Below the pieces are notes generated by a model. The model did not search any database and was not told the DNA's origin. It saw only the letters and a program-made list of their open reading frames with translations. A stretch of DNA of 64,000 nucleotides from Candidatus Rokuibacteriota bacterium. Its GTDB lineage: Bacteria; Methylomirabilota; Methylomirabilia; Rokubacteriales; DASRDR01. The stretch is taken from the NCBI GenBank assembly GCA_044866005.1, contig JBIOTN010000057.1, positions 1 through 64,000 on the forward strand. The letters run 5' to 3'. Below are positions 56,231-64,000 of the stretch, piece by piece. Both the position numbers and the translations under genes were made by a program. How positions within the stretch are numbered: position 1 is the first letter of the stretch; each line of letters opens with the position of its first letter.

Positions 56231-58054
56231 GTGATCCGCCTCGGGGCCCCGCGGCTCCGCGCGCCCGGGCCCGCCGCCGCGAGCCTGCGGCAGCTCGGGC
56301 CGTACGTCTCGCGCTACCGCGGCCGCTACCTCGGCGGCGTGGCGCTCCTCGCCGCGACCAACGCGTGCGCGCTGGCGATCCCCTGGGTCATCAAGCTGAC
56401 GGTCGAGGCGCTCGGCGCGGCGGTCGGCGGCGGCGGGCCGGACAGCGCGGCGGCGAGCGCGCGCAGCGCGTTGACGTTCGGCGCGCTCGCCATCGTCGCC
56501 CTGGCGCTGGCGCAGGGAGTCGTGCGCTCGGCGTCGCGCTTCGCGCTCCTGGGGGCGAGCCAGCGGGTGGAGGCCGACATCCGCGACGACCTCTTCTCAC
56601 GCCTCCTCGGCCTGCCGCCGGCGTTCTACCAGCGCCAGCGGACGGGCGACCTGATGTCGCGCGCGACGAACGACCTCCAGAGCGTCTCCCAGCTCGCGGG
56701 GTTCGGCTTCCTGTCGCTCGTGAACACGCTCTTCGTCTTCGTCGGCACGCTGGCGGCCATGCTGCGGATCGATCCCTGGCTCACGCTCGCCGCCCTCGGG
56801 CCGGCGCCCCTGCTGGTGGTGCTGGCCAAGCGGTTCAACAGCCGCGTCCACGCGGAGTCCCTGGCCGTGCAGGAGCAGCTCTCGCGCCTGGCGGCGAAGC
56901 TCCAGGAGAACCTGAGCGGGATGGCCGTGGTCCGCGCCTACACGATGGAGTCGCGGGAGATCGAGGCGTTCGGGCGGCTCAACGGCGAGCACCTCGCGCG
57001 CACGCTGCGCCAGGCGCGCACGCAGGGGGCCTTCTCGCCGCTCCTGGGATTCATCGGCGGAGTCGGAACGCTGATCGTGGTCTGGCTCGGCGGCCGGGCG
57101 GTCGTCGAGGGACGCATCACGCTGGGCGACCTGGTGGCCTTCTCCAGCTACCTCGCGTACCTCGCCTGGCCGATCCTCGCCCTGGGGTGGGTGCTCGGGC
57201 TGGTCCGCCGCGGACTGGCCGCGATGGAGCGGGTGGCCGAGCTGCTGGCGACGCCGTCCGGGACGGCCGACGGCCCGAGCGCGGGCGAGGCTCCGAGCGT
57301 GGCGGGCGACATCGAGCTCCGCCGGCTCACGTTCCGCTACGAGGCGGCGCGGGCCCCGGCGCTCCAGGACGTGTCGCTGCGACTCCCGGCAGGCGCGTGC
57401 GTGGCCCTCGTCGGTCCCACGGGGGCGGGGAAGACGACGCTCGGCGCGCTCCTCCCCCGACTGTGGGACCCGCCGGCCGGCACGGTGTTCCTCGACGGCC
57501 GGGAGATCCACACGATTCCGCTCGCCACCCTCCGGGCGGCGATCGGGTACGTGCCCCAGGAGACGTTCCTCTTCTCCGGTCCTCTCGCCGACAACGTCGC
57601 GCTCGGCGCGAACGGCAACGGTTCGGGCCGCGTCGAGTGGGCGGGCGCGCTCGCCGGCCTCGCGGAGGACGTGGCGCGCCTGCCGGCGGGCTGGCAGACC
57701 GTCGTGGGCGAGCGGGGGCTCACCCTCTCGGGCGGCCAGCGCCAGCGCGCGGCGCTCGCGCGCGCGCTCGTCCGTGAACCCCGGATCCTGATCCTCGACG
57801 ACGCCTTCGCCGCGGTCGACGCCGAGAAGGAGGCGGCGATCCTGGAGGCCCTGCGCCGCGTCCGCCGGGGGCGCACGACGATCGTCATCACCCAGCGGCT
57901 CCATGCCGCCCGGCTCGCCGACCGGGTGGTCGTGCTGGACGAGGGCCGCGTGGTGGAGCAGGGCTCGCACGCCGAGCTGCTCGCCCGCCGCGGCCTCTAC
58001 GCGCGGCTCTGGCAGCGCCAGCAGGTCGAGGCGGCGCTTCGGGCCGGGGCATGA
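56231..58054 (+). CDS. ABC exporter half-transporter (TMD+NBD), degenerate site
   Basis: GPTGAGKT, LSGGQRQR, LILDD (E to D), Q in place of the H-switch. Confidence 0.93.
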   Translation: MIRLGAPRLRAPGPAAASLRQLGPYVSRYRGRYLGGVALLAATNACALAIPWVIKLTVEALGAAVGGGGPDSAAASARSALTFGALAIVALALAQGVVRSASRFALLGASQRVEADIRDDLFSRLLGLPPAFYQRQRTGDLMSRATNDLQSVSQLAGFGFLSLVNTLFVFVGTLAAMLRIDPWLTLAALGPAPLLVVLAKRFNSRVHAESLAVQEQLSRLAAKLQENLSGMAVVRAYTMESREIEAFGRLNGEHLARTLRQARTQGAFSPLLGFIGGVGTLIVVWLGGRAVVEGRITLGDLVAFSSYLAYLAWPILALGWVLGLVRRGLAAMERVAELLATPSGTADGPSAGEAPSVAGDIELRRLTFRYEAARAPALQDVSLRLPAGACVALVGPTGAGKTTLGALLPRLWDPPAGTVFLDGREIHTIPLATLRAAIGYVPQETFLFSGPLADNVALGANGNGSGRVEWAGALAGLAEDVARLPAGWQTVVGERGLTLSGGQRQRAALARALVREPRILILDDAFAAVDAEKEAAILEALRRVRRGRTTIVITQRLHAARLADRVVVLDEGRVVEQGSHAELLARRGLYARLWQRQQVEAALRAGA

Positions 58055-59943
58055 GCGGGCACGCGCCCGGGGCCGGCGTGGACGACGAGCTCCTCGGCCG
58101 CGCGTACGACCGGCGGCTCGTCGCCCGCCTGTGGGCGTTCGCGCGCACCTACCGGCGGGCGCTGGCGGCATCGGCCGCGCTCTTCCCGGTGCTGGCCGCC
58201 GTCGAGCTCGTCCAGCCGTACCTCGTGAAGGTGGCGATCGACGACCACATCGTGCGGCACGACTGGTCCGGGCTCTGGCGCGTGGCCGCGCTCTTCGTCC
58301 TCGCCCTCCTGGCGCAGTACGTCCTCCGCTCCGCGCACGGCTACCTCATGGCGTGGACCGGTCAGCGGGTGGTCCACGACCTCCGGCAGGCCCTCTTCGC
58401 CCACGTCCAGCGGCTGCCGGCCCGGGTCTTCGACGCGAACCCGGTCGGCCGGCTGATGACGCGGGTCCTGAACGACGTGGAAGCGATCGGCGAGCTGTTC
58501 ACCTCCGGCGTCGTCGCGATCCTGGGCGACGCGCTGACCCTCGCCGGCGTGGTCGCCGTGATGCTGGCCCTGGACTGGCGCCTGGCGCTCGTCGCCTTCG
58601 CCGCCATCCCCGTGCTCTTCGGCGTGGCCGCCTACTTCCGGACACGCGCCCGCGAGGCCTACCGCGAGGTCCGGAACCGCATCGCGCGCGTGAACGCCTA
58701 CCTTCAGGAGAACATCCTCGGCATGACCGTGGTCCAGCTCTTCGGGCGGGAGGCCGCCCACGCGCGGGAGTTCGCGCGCCTGAACGAGGCGCACCGCCGC
58801 TCGGTCTTCCGCCGGAGCCGCTACGACGCCCTCCTCTACGCGGGGGTCGAGGTGGTCGGCTCGGTGGCCATCGCCAGCCTCGTCTGGTGGGGCGGGGGCG
58901 AGATCCTGGCGGGCGCCGTGACCTTCGGGGTGCTCGTGGCCTTCATGGAGTACACGCACCGGTTCTTCCTGCCGATCCGGGACGTCTCGGCCAAGTACAC
59001 GGTCATGCAGTCCGCGATGGTGGCCGCCGAGCGGATCTTCGGCCTCCTGGACACGCCCGTCGAGATCGGGTCGCCGCCGGATGCCCATCGGCCGGCGCGG
59101 CCCGCCGCCGGGGGGCTCGCCATCGAGTTCCGGGACGTCTGGTTCCGCTACGGGCCGGCCGCGGTGTCGTCCGCGTCCCCGGTGGAGGGGGTCGGAGGGG
59201 CGGAGCGGTCGGGGCTCCCCCCCCAGGCCGAGGACGGCTGGGCCGTGCAGGGCCTGTCCGTCCGCGTGCGACCGGGCGAGCGGGTCGCCATCGTGGGTCC
59301 CACCGGCGCGGGCAAGAGCACGCTGGCGCGGCTGCTCACGCGCACCTACGACGTCCAGCGCGGTGCCGTCCTGGTCGACGGGGTCGACGTGCGCGCCTGG
59401 GACCTCACGGCCTTGCGCCGTCACGTCGGCGTGGTCCTCCAGGACGTCGTCGTCTTCTCCGGCACCGTGGAGGAGAACATCGCGCTCGGCGACCGCGAGG
59501 TCAAGCGCCCGGCGATCGAGGAGGCGGCGCGTCGCGCTCACATCGACGACTTCGTCCGGTCGCTGCCCGGCGGCTACGCCGAGGAGATCCGCGAGCGCGG
59601 CGCGAACCTCTCGCACGGCCAGCGTCAGCTCCTGGCCGTGGCGCGGGCGCTGGTATATAATCCTGCCGTTCTCGTCCTGGACGAGGCGACGTCGAGCGTG
59701 GATCCGGAGACCGAGCTCTTGCTCCAGGACGCGCTCGACCGTCTCCTCGCGGGGCGCACGAGCATGATCATCGCGCACCGCTTCTCCACCATTCAGCGGG
59801 CCGACCGGGTGCTGGTCCTGCACCAGGGCCGGCTCGCTGAGGACGGGCCACATGACCGACTCATCACGCAGGGCGGCCTTTACGCGACGCTCCACGACCT
59901 CTCCTTCGGTCGGGAGACGCTCGGCCCCGCCATTCCCCGCTGA
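58051..59943 (+). CDS. ABC exporter half-transporter (heterodimer partner)
   Basis: GPTGAGKS, LSHGQRQ, LDEATS, AHR. Confidence 0.93.
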   Translation: MSGHAPGAGVDDELLGRAYDRRLVARLWAFARTYRRALAASAALFPVLAAVELVQPYLVKVAIDDHIVRHDWSGLWRVAALFVLALLAQYVLRSAHGYLMAWTGQRVVHDLRQALFAHVQRLPARVFDANPVGRLMTRVLNDVEAIGELFTSGVVAILGDALTLAGVVAVMLALDWRLALVAFAAIPVLFGVAAYFRTRAREAYREVRNRIARVNAYLQENILGMTVVQLFGREAAHAREFARLNEAHRRSVFRRSRYDALLYAGVEVVGSVAIASLVWWGGGEILAGAVTFGVLVAFMEYTHRFFLPIRDVSAKYTVMQSAMVAAERIFGLLDTPVEIGSPPDAHRPARPAAGGLAIEFRDVWFRYGPAAVSSASPVEGVGGAERSGLPPQAEDGWAVQGLSVRVRPGERVAIVGPTGAGKSTLARLLTRTYDVQRGAVLVDGVDVRAWDLTALRRHVGVVLQDVVVFSGTVEENIALGDREVKRPAIEEAARRAHIDDFVRSLPGGYAEEIRERGANLSHGQRQLLAVARALVYNPAVLVLDEATSSVDPETELLLQDALDRLLAGRTSMIIAHRFSTIQRADRVLVLHQGRLAEDGPHDRLITQGGLYATLHDLSFGRETLGPAIPR

Positions 59944-59950
59944 AGGGGCG

Positions 59951-60343
59951 ATGCCCCCACCCCGTGCCCGGCCGGCCACCCGCTTCGACGGCGCGGTGTT
60001 CGCGCTCGTCCGCCGCGTGCCCGCCGGGCGCGTCGTCACCTACGGCCAGGTCGCCGCGCTCGTGGGTGCGCCGCGGGCGGCGCGTGCGGTGGGAGGCGCG
60101 ATGCGACGGTGCCCCCCGGGCGTCCCGTGGCACCGCGTCATCAACGGCCGGGGCGGCGTCAGCCGGCGGGCCAACGTCGCGGGCATGGTCAGCCAGGCGC
60201 TCCTGCTCGAGCGGGAAGGGGTGCGCTTCGGGCGCGGCCGCGTGGACCTCGCGCGCCATCGCTGGCGGAGCCCGGGGAGGGCAGCCGCTGGGCGTCCAGC
60301 GGAACGTTGGGCATCGATGTCCCCGAAGCGCAGCCTGACGTGA
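59951..60343 (+). CDS. Alkyltransferase-like protein (ATL/YbaZ)
   Basis: VPAGRVVTYGQVA, ARAVG, PWHRV (W replaces the catalytic Cys). Confidence 0.88.
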   Translation: MPPPRARPATRFDGAVFALVRRVPAGRVVTYGQVAALVGAPRAARAVGGAMRRCPPGVPWHRVINGRGGVSRRANVAGMVSQALLLEREGVRFGRGRVDLARHRWRSPGRAAAGRPAERWASMSPKRSLT

Positions 60344-60858
60344 AGGAATCGGCGGCCGACCGGGTCCAGAGAGCCCTCCGCGCCCACGGTGTCACGAGCG
60401 AGGTGGTCGAGCTGGCGGAAGGCGCCCGGACGGCGCCCGAGGCCGCCGCGGCCTGCGGCGTGAGCGTGGCGCAGATCGTGAAGTCCCTCGTCTTCCTGGC
60501 CGACGGCGAGCCGGTCCTGGTGCTGGCCTCCGGCGCCAACCATGTGGACGAGCAACGGCTGGCGGCGCTGACCGGCCGGGCCATCCGCCGGGCCGACGCG
60601 GCGGCCGTGCGCGCGGCGACGGGCTTCTCGATCGGGGGCGTGCCGCCCGTGGCGCACACGCAGGCCCTGCGGACCTTCGTCGACCGGGACCTCCTGGCCC
60701 ACGACGCCCTCATCGCGGCGGCCGGCACCCCGCACGCGGTCGTCCGGCTGACCCCGGGCGAGCTCTGCCGGATCACGGCCGGCGAGGTCGCGGACGTCAA
60801 GCGGGAGCCGAGCGTGGCGGACCGCGTCCCTCCGCGCCCGGGCGTGCCATGCGGGTGA
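60340..60858 (+). CDS. YbaK/EbsC aminoacyl-tRNA deacylase family
   Basis: T..EAA....QIVKSLVF, TGFSIGGVPP, AAAG. Confidence 0.92.
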   Translation: MKESAADRVQRALRAHGVTSEVVELAEGARTAPEAAAACGVSVAQIVKSLVFLADGEPVLVLASGANHVDEQRLAALTGRAIRRADAAAVRAATGFSIGGVPPVAHTQALRTFVDRDLLAHDALIAAAGTPHAVVRLTPGELCRITAGEVADVKREPSVADRVPPRPGVPCG

Positions 60859-61715
60859 TGCCGCTCGCCGCCGACTCGCTCGGCGTCCGCTCGATGGCCA
60901 CGTACGTCGAGGCGGGCGACCTGCGCCTCCTTCTCGACCCGGGCGCGACCCTCAGCCCGCGCCGCTACGGCATGGACCCGACCCCCGAGGAGGCGGAGGC
61001 CCTCAAGCGCGCTCTCGACCGCATCGAGGGCTACGCGCGGCGGGCCGCCCTCATCACGGTCAGCCACTACCACGGCGATCACTACGCCGCGGTGCCCGAC
61101 CTCTACGCGGGCCGTCGCGTCTGGGCGAAGGACCCCCGCCGGATGACCGACGCCCATCAGGCCGCCCGCGGCCGCGCCTTCTGGCGGACGCTCGGCGGCA
61201 ACGCGACGCTCGAGCCCGCGGAGGGGCGGGCCACCGAGATCGGCGGCGTCCGCGTGAAGGTCTCGCCGCCGCTCGCGCACGGGCGCGAGGGCACGGGGTT
61301 CGGCTTCGTCGTCGCGGTCACCGTGGACGACGGCAGTCGCTTCGTGCACGCCGCCGACGTCCAGGGCCCCGCGTCCGCCGTGGCGACCGCATATCTCCTG
61401 CGCGAGCGGCCCGACCTGCTGTACCTCTCGGGCCCGCCGACGTACCTGGAGGCGCAGCTCGGCCCCGCCGTGCTGCGGCAGGGGCTCGACAACCTCTTGC
61501 GCATCGTCAACGAGACGGGCTGCCGCGTGATCGTGGACCACCACGCGCTGCGCGATCGGCGCTACCGGGAGCGGCTGGGCCCCGCCTTCGAGACCGGCCG
61601 CGTGGTGACCGTCGCCGAGTACCTCGGTCGGCGGGACGAGTGCCTGGAGGCCCACCGGCCCGAGCTCTGGGCGCGCCATCGCCGGGCTCGCGGCAGCCCG
61701 GTTGTTTCCTCGTGA
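60849..61715 (+). CDS. Metallo-beta-lactamase-fold protein (UPF0282-like)
   Basis: DSLGVRSMAT.V, DPG, SHYHGDH, HG, D.QGP, DHH.LRD. Confidence 0.78.
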   Translation: MRVMPLAADSLGVRSMATYVEAGDLRLLLDPGATLSPRRYGMDPTPEEAEALKRALDRIEGYARRAALITVSHYHGDHYAAVPDLYAGRRVWAKDPRRMTDAHQAARGRAFWRTLGGNATLEPAEGRATEIGGVRVKVSPPLAHGREGTGFGFVVAVTVDDGSRFVHAADVQGPASAVATAYLLRERPDLLYLSGPPTYLEAQLGPAVLRQGLDNLLRIVNETGCRVIVDHHALRDRRYRERLGPAFETGRVVTVAEYLGRRDECLEAHRPELWARHRRARGSPVVSS

Positions 61716-61737
61716 TCATCGGAAAGGAGGAGCCGTC

Positions 61738-62199
61738 ATGGCCGAGCTGAAGGTGGACGACGTCGCCCCCGATTTCAAGCTCCAGGGGATCGGCGGCAAG
61801 GAGTGGAGCCTGGCCGACCAGAGGGGGAAGAAGAACGTGGTCCTCCTCTTCTACGTCCTGGACTGGACCCCCGGCTGAACGAAGGAGATGCCGGCCTTCG
61901 AAGCCCGGCTCAAGGACTTCGAGGCCGCCGATACCCAGGTCGTGGGTATCTCGACCGACTCGATCTACAGCCACGACGCGTGGGCCAAGTCCCTCGGCGG
62001 GATCTCGTATCCCCTCCTCGGCGACATCCATCGCGACGTCGTCAAGAAGTACGGGATCCACTGGCCCGAGCTGAACGCCTGCTACCGGGCGACGTTCGTG
62101 ATCGACAAGCAAGGCAAGCTCCGCTTCGTCGAGCGGTACGGCAAGGGCGAGCTGCCCGACCCCACGAAGATCCTGGCGGAGGTGAAGAAGCTCCGCTGA
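61738..62199 (+). CDS. Selenocysteine-containing peroxiredoxin (AhpC/TSA family)
   Basis: AAGGAGG RBS; MAELKVDDVAPDFKL...FYVLDWTPG-TGA-TKEMPAF...GISTDS...RATFVIDK is continuous in frame; TGA (61876-61878) is at the peroxidatic Cys position. Confidence 0.88.
61887..61911 (+). promoter_or_regulatory. Candidate bacterial SECIS hairpin
   Basis: GCCGG-C-CTTCGAAG-C-CCGGC stem-loop whose apical G (61900) is 22 nt after the UGA. Confidence 0.6.
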
Positions 62200-62219
62200 G
62201 CGGTGCGGGGCGCGGCGAT

Positions 62220-63251
62220 GTGACCGACACGGCGCCTCGTCGCGCCCCACTCCGCGCGGCAGACTTGTTCCCGGTGAGCGGATCCCTCGCCTCCCGCCGC
62301 CCCGGCGACAACCTGGGCGCCCACATGTCCATCGCGGGCGGCCTCCCGAACGCGCTCGCCCGCGGGCGCGAGCTCGGCTGCGGGGTGGTGCAGCTCTTCC
62401 TCAAGAACCAGGTCCAGTGGGCGGGGCGCGCGCTCCACGCCGACGAGGTCGCGGAGTTTCGCCGGCTGTGCACGGCATGCGCGTTCGCGGCCGTCTTCGC
62501 CCACGCCACGTACCTGCCGAACCTCGCCTCGCCGGAGGCCGTCGAGTGGGCCCGCTCGGTCGCCGCGTTCCACGACGAGCTGGAGCGCGCCGAGGCCCTG
62601 GGGCTTCCTTTCGTGGTGATCCACCCGGGCTCGCACAAGGGCGCGGGGCGCGAGGCGGGGCTCACGCAGGTGGCCCGCGCGCTCGACGAGCTCTGCGCGC
62701 GCACCGCGGGCTACCAGGTGCGGATCGCGCTCGAGAACACCGCGGGCGCGGGGAATCTCATCGGCGCGCGGGCGGAGGAGCTGGGAACGCTCTTCCGCGC
62801 CGTGAACCGCCCCGAGCGGCTCGGCCTCTGCCTCGACACGTGCCACCTCTTCGCCGCCGGGTACGACATCCGGCGCCCCGCGGGCTTTGCCGCGGCGCTC
62901 GCCCGGTTCGACGCGGCGGTCGGCCTCGACCGCGTCATCGCCTTCCACGTGAACGACGCGAAGACCGGGCTCGGCTCGGGGCTCGACCGCCACGCGCACA
63001 TCGGCCGCGGCACGATCGGGCTCGCGGCGTTCCGGTTCCTCCTCCGCCACCCGCGCCTGGGCGGGCTGCCGATGGCGCTGGAGACGCCGAAGGAAGACGT
63101 CTGGGACGCGCGGAACCTGGCGACGCTCCGTCGGCTGCAGCGCCCGTCGGCCGGCCGCGCGCGACGGTCGACGCGGGGCGCAAACGGGCCGGCAGGCTCG
63201 GCGCGCACGCCGCCCCGGCAGCGGGCGCCGCACCCCACCCGGGGCGGCTGA
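62220..63251 (+). CDS. nfo: Endonuclease IV
   Basis: GAHMSIAGG, HATY..NL, HPGS, ENTAG, DTCHLFA.GYD, HVND, DRH..IG.G, ETP. Confidence 0.95.
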   Translation: MTDTAPRRAPLRAADLFPVSGSLASRRPGDNLGAHMSIAGGLPNALARGRELGCGVVQLFLKNQVQWAGRALHADEVAEFRRLCTACAFAAVFAHATYLPNLASPEAVEWARSVAAFHDELERAEALGLPFVVIHPGSHKGAGREAGLTQVARALDELCARTAGYQVRIALENTAGAGNLIGARAEELGTLFRAVNRPERLGLCLDTCHLFAAGYDIRRPAGFAAALARFDAAVGLDRVIAFHVNDAKTGLGSGLDRHAHIGRGTIGLAAFRFLLRHPRLGGLPMALETPKEDVWDARNLATLRRLQRPSAGRARRSTRGANGPAGSARTPPRQRAPHPTRGG

Positions 63252-63471
63252 CCCGCCTTCGGAGGCGGAAAGAGCAGCGAATGCCGACGGCACTGCCAGG
63301 ACAGACAGCCCGCAGGCGAGCATGAGCACGAAACCGCGAGGCCGGCGCTGTGGCATAGCGTTGTTCTCCTCCGGCTGGTACCGCTATCGGGCCGGAATCG
63401 CCAGGTCTGTGTAGAGGGCCAGGGGGCCGGGCGTGCGGCCTGACGGCCGCGCGCGAATCCCAAACGAGAGC

Positions 63472-63500
63472 ACTCTAGGGTCGCGCCGAGAGGCGCGCAA
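63472..63500 (-). promoter_or_regulatory. sigma70-like promoter facing nfo
   Basis: Minus strand TTGCGC-N17-TAGAGT, upstream of an AGGAGA RBS and ATG 63356. Confidence 0.5.
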
Positions 63501-63520
63501 TAGATCGGCGGGTAGTGGAC

Positions 63521-64000
63521 CTAGAACCTTCGATGTACGCCGCGCCGGCTGGTCGGGGTCGCGGGCTCGGGTGCCGCCCTGTGGAAGGCATCGGCCCAGC
63601 GCCGGGTGGCGTCGAGATAGCGCCGTCCGTGCTCGCGGCTCGGCTCGATCTCCGTCCCCTCGTGCCACTCGTTCCACGAGGCGATGAGCACCCACGCGGG
63701 CGCGAGGCCGAGCGCGGCCCGCCACGTGGCGTCGTAGGTCGCGCCGCCCGCGCGCTCGACGACCGTGCCGGGCTCGCGGATCGTCCGGTCGTCGTAGCCG
63801 GGGGCGACCGCGGGCAGGAAGGGGAGGCCGGCCAGGCGCGCGCGCGCGGCCCGCTCACGATAGACCGTGGCGAGATCCCGCCCGCGCGCCAGGTCGGAGA
63901 TGGGCGTGTAGACGTGGAGGGCGTCGAAGCGCTCGATCCAGCCTGGCGCCGGCGCATCCCCGATCAGGAAGACCGGACGTCGGCCGGCCGCCAGGCGCCG
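63521..64000 (-). CDS. GH99-like glycoside hydrolase, C-terminal part (5' end beyond window)
   Basis: Not in the ORF track (no start in window). Frame reads VAPGYDD...R..G.TY...W...IASWNEWHEGTEIEP...YL to TAG at 63521. Confidence 0.82.
   Translation of the reverse strand, partial: RRLAAGRRPVFLIGDAPAPGWIERFDALHVYTPISDLARGRDLATVYRERAARARLAGLPFLPAVAPGYDDRTIREPGTVVERAGGATYDATWRAALGLAPAWVLIASWNEWHEGTEIEPSREHGRRYLDATRRWADAFHRAAPEPATPTSRRGVHRRF

Noticed and set aside
62082..63356. 424-aa minus ORF as a real full-length protein
   Set aside because: Almost entirely antisense to nfo; only the first ~35 codons look genuine (reported as a finding).
63351..63366. TGGCAT as a sigma54 promoter
   Set aside because: No GC at the -12 position (GG-N10-TT).

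Overview
Very GC-rich bacterial chromosomal window, mostly housekeeping genes on the + strand. The gene mix suggests Rokubacteria/Methylomirabilota or a similar lineage (inference only). No rRNA, tRNA, CRISPR array, integrase or transposase was recognised. Order of contents: the end of a gas-vesicle-like (gvp) cluster with an ArsA/GET3 ATPase; a sigma54-driven pseudo-receiver plus hybrid kinase; a minus-strand copper-handling operon (RAPP-motif leader, outer-membrane protein, two CopC, CopD-cytochrome c-redoxin fusion, CusF-like, rhodanese, frameshifted cupin); pilT; rtcB; TPP riboswitch with a cytX-like transporter; radical SAM; HemQ/Cld family; gltB; M24 peptidase; CBS-korAB; glcDEF-cupin-lutABC; split MetE; csp; trxB; nadX; rmuC; purC; GroES-like; MEMO1; TlpA; TRAP; MFS; ALDH; suhB; RNase H-like; panE; ABC pair; ATL; YbaK; MBL; Sec-peroxiredoxin; nfo; GH99-like. 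Most notable observations: (1) a ~118-bp dispersed intergenic element (3 full and 2 partial copies) whose antisense strand folds into a covarying rod full of tandem G-A pairs; (2) a CruR/CutF-like His-rich RAPP arrest leader heading the copper operon; (3) an in-frame UGA selenocysteine peroxiredoxin missed by the ORF track; (4) an RNase H fold that has lost all catalytic acids; (5) recurrent CTG starts and leaderless genes.
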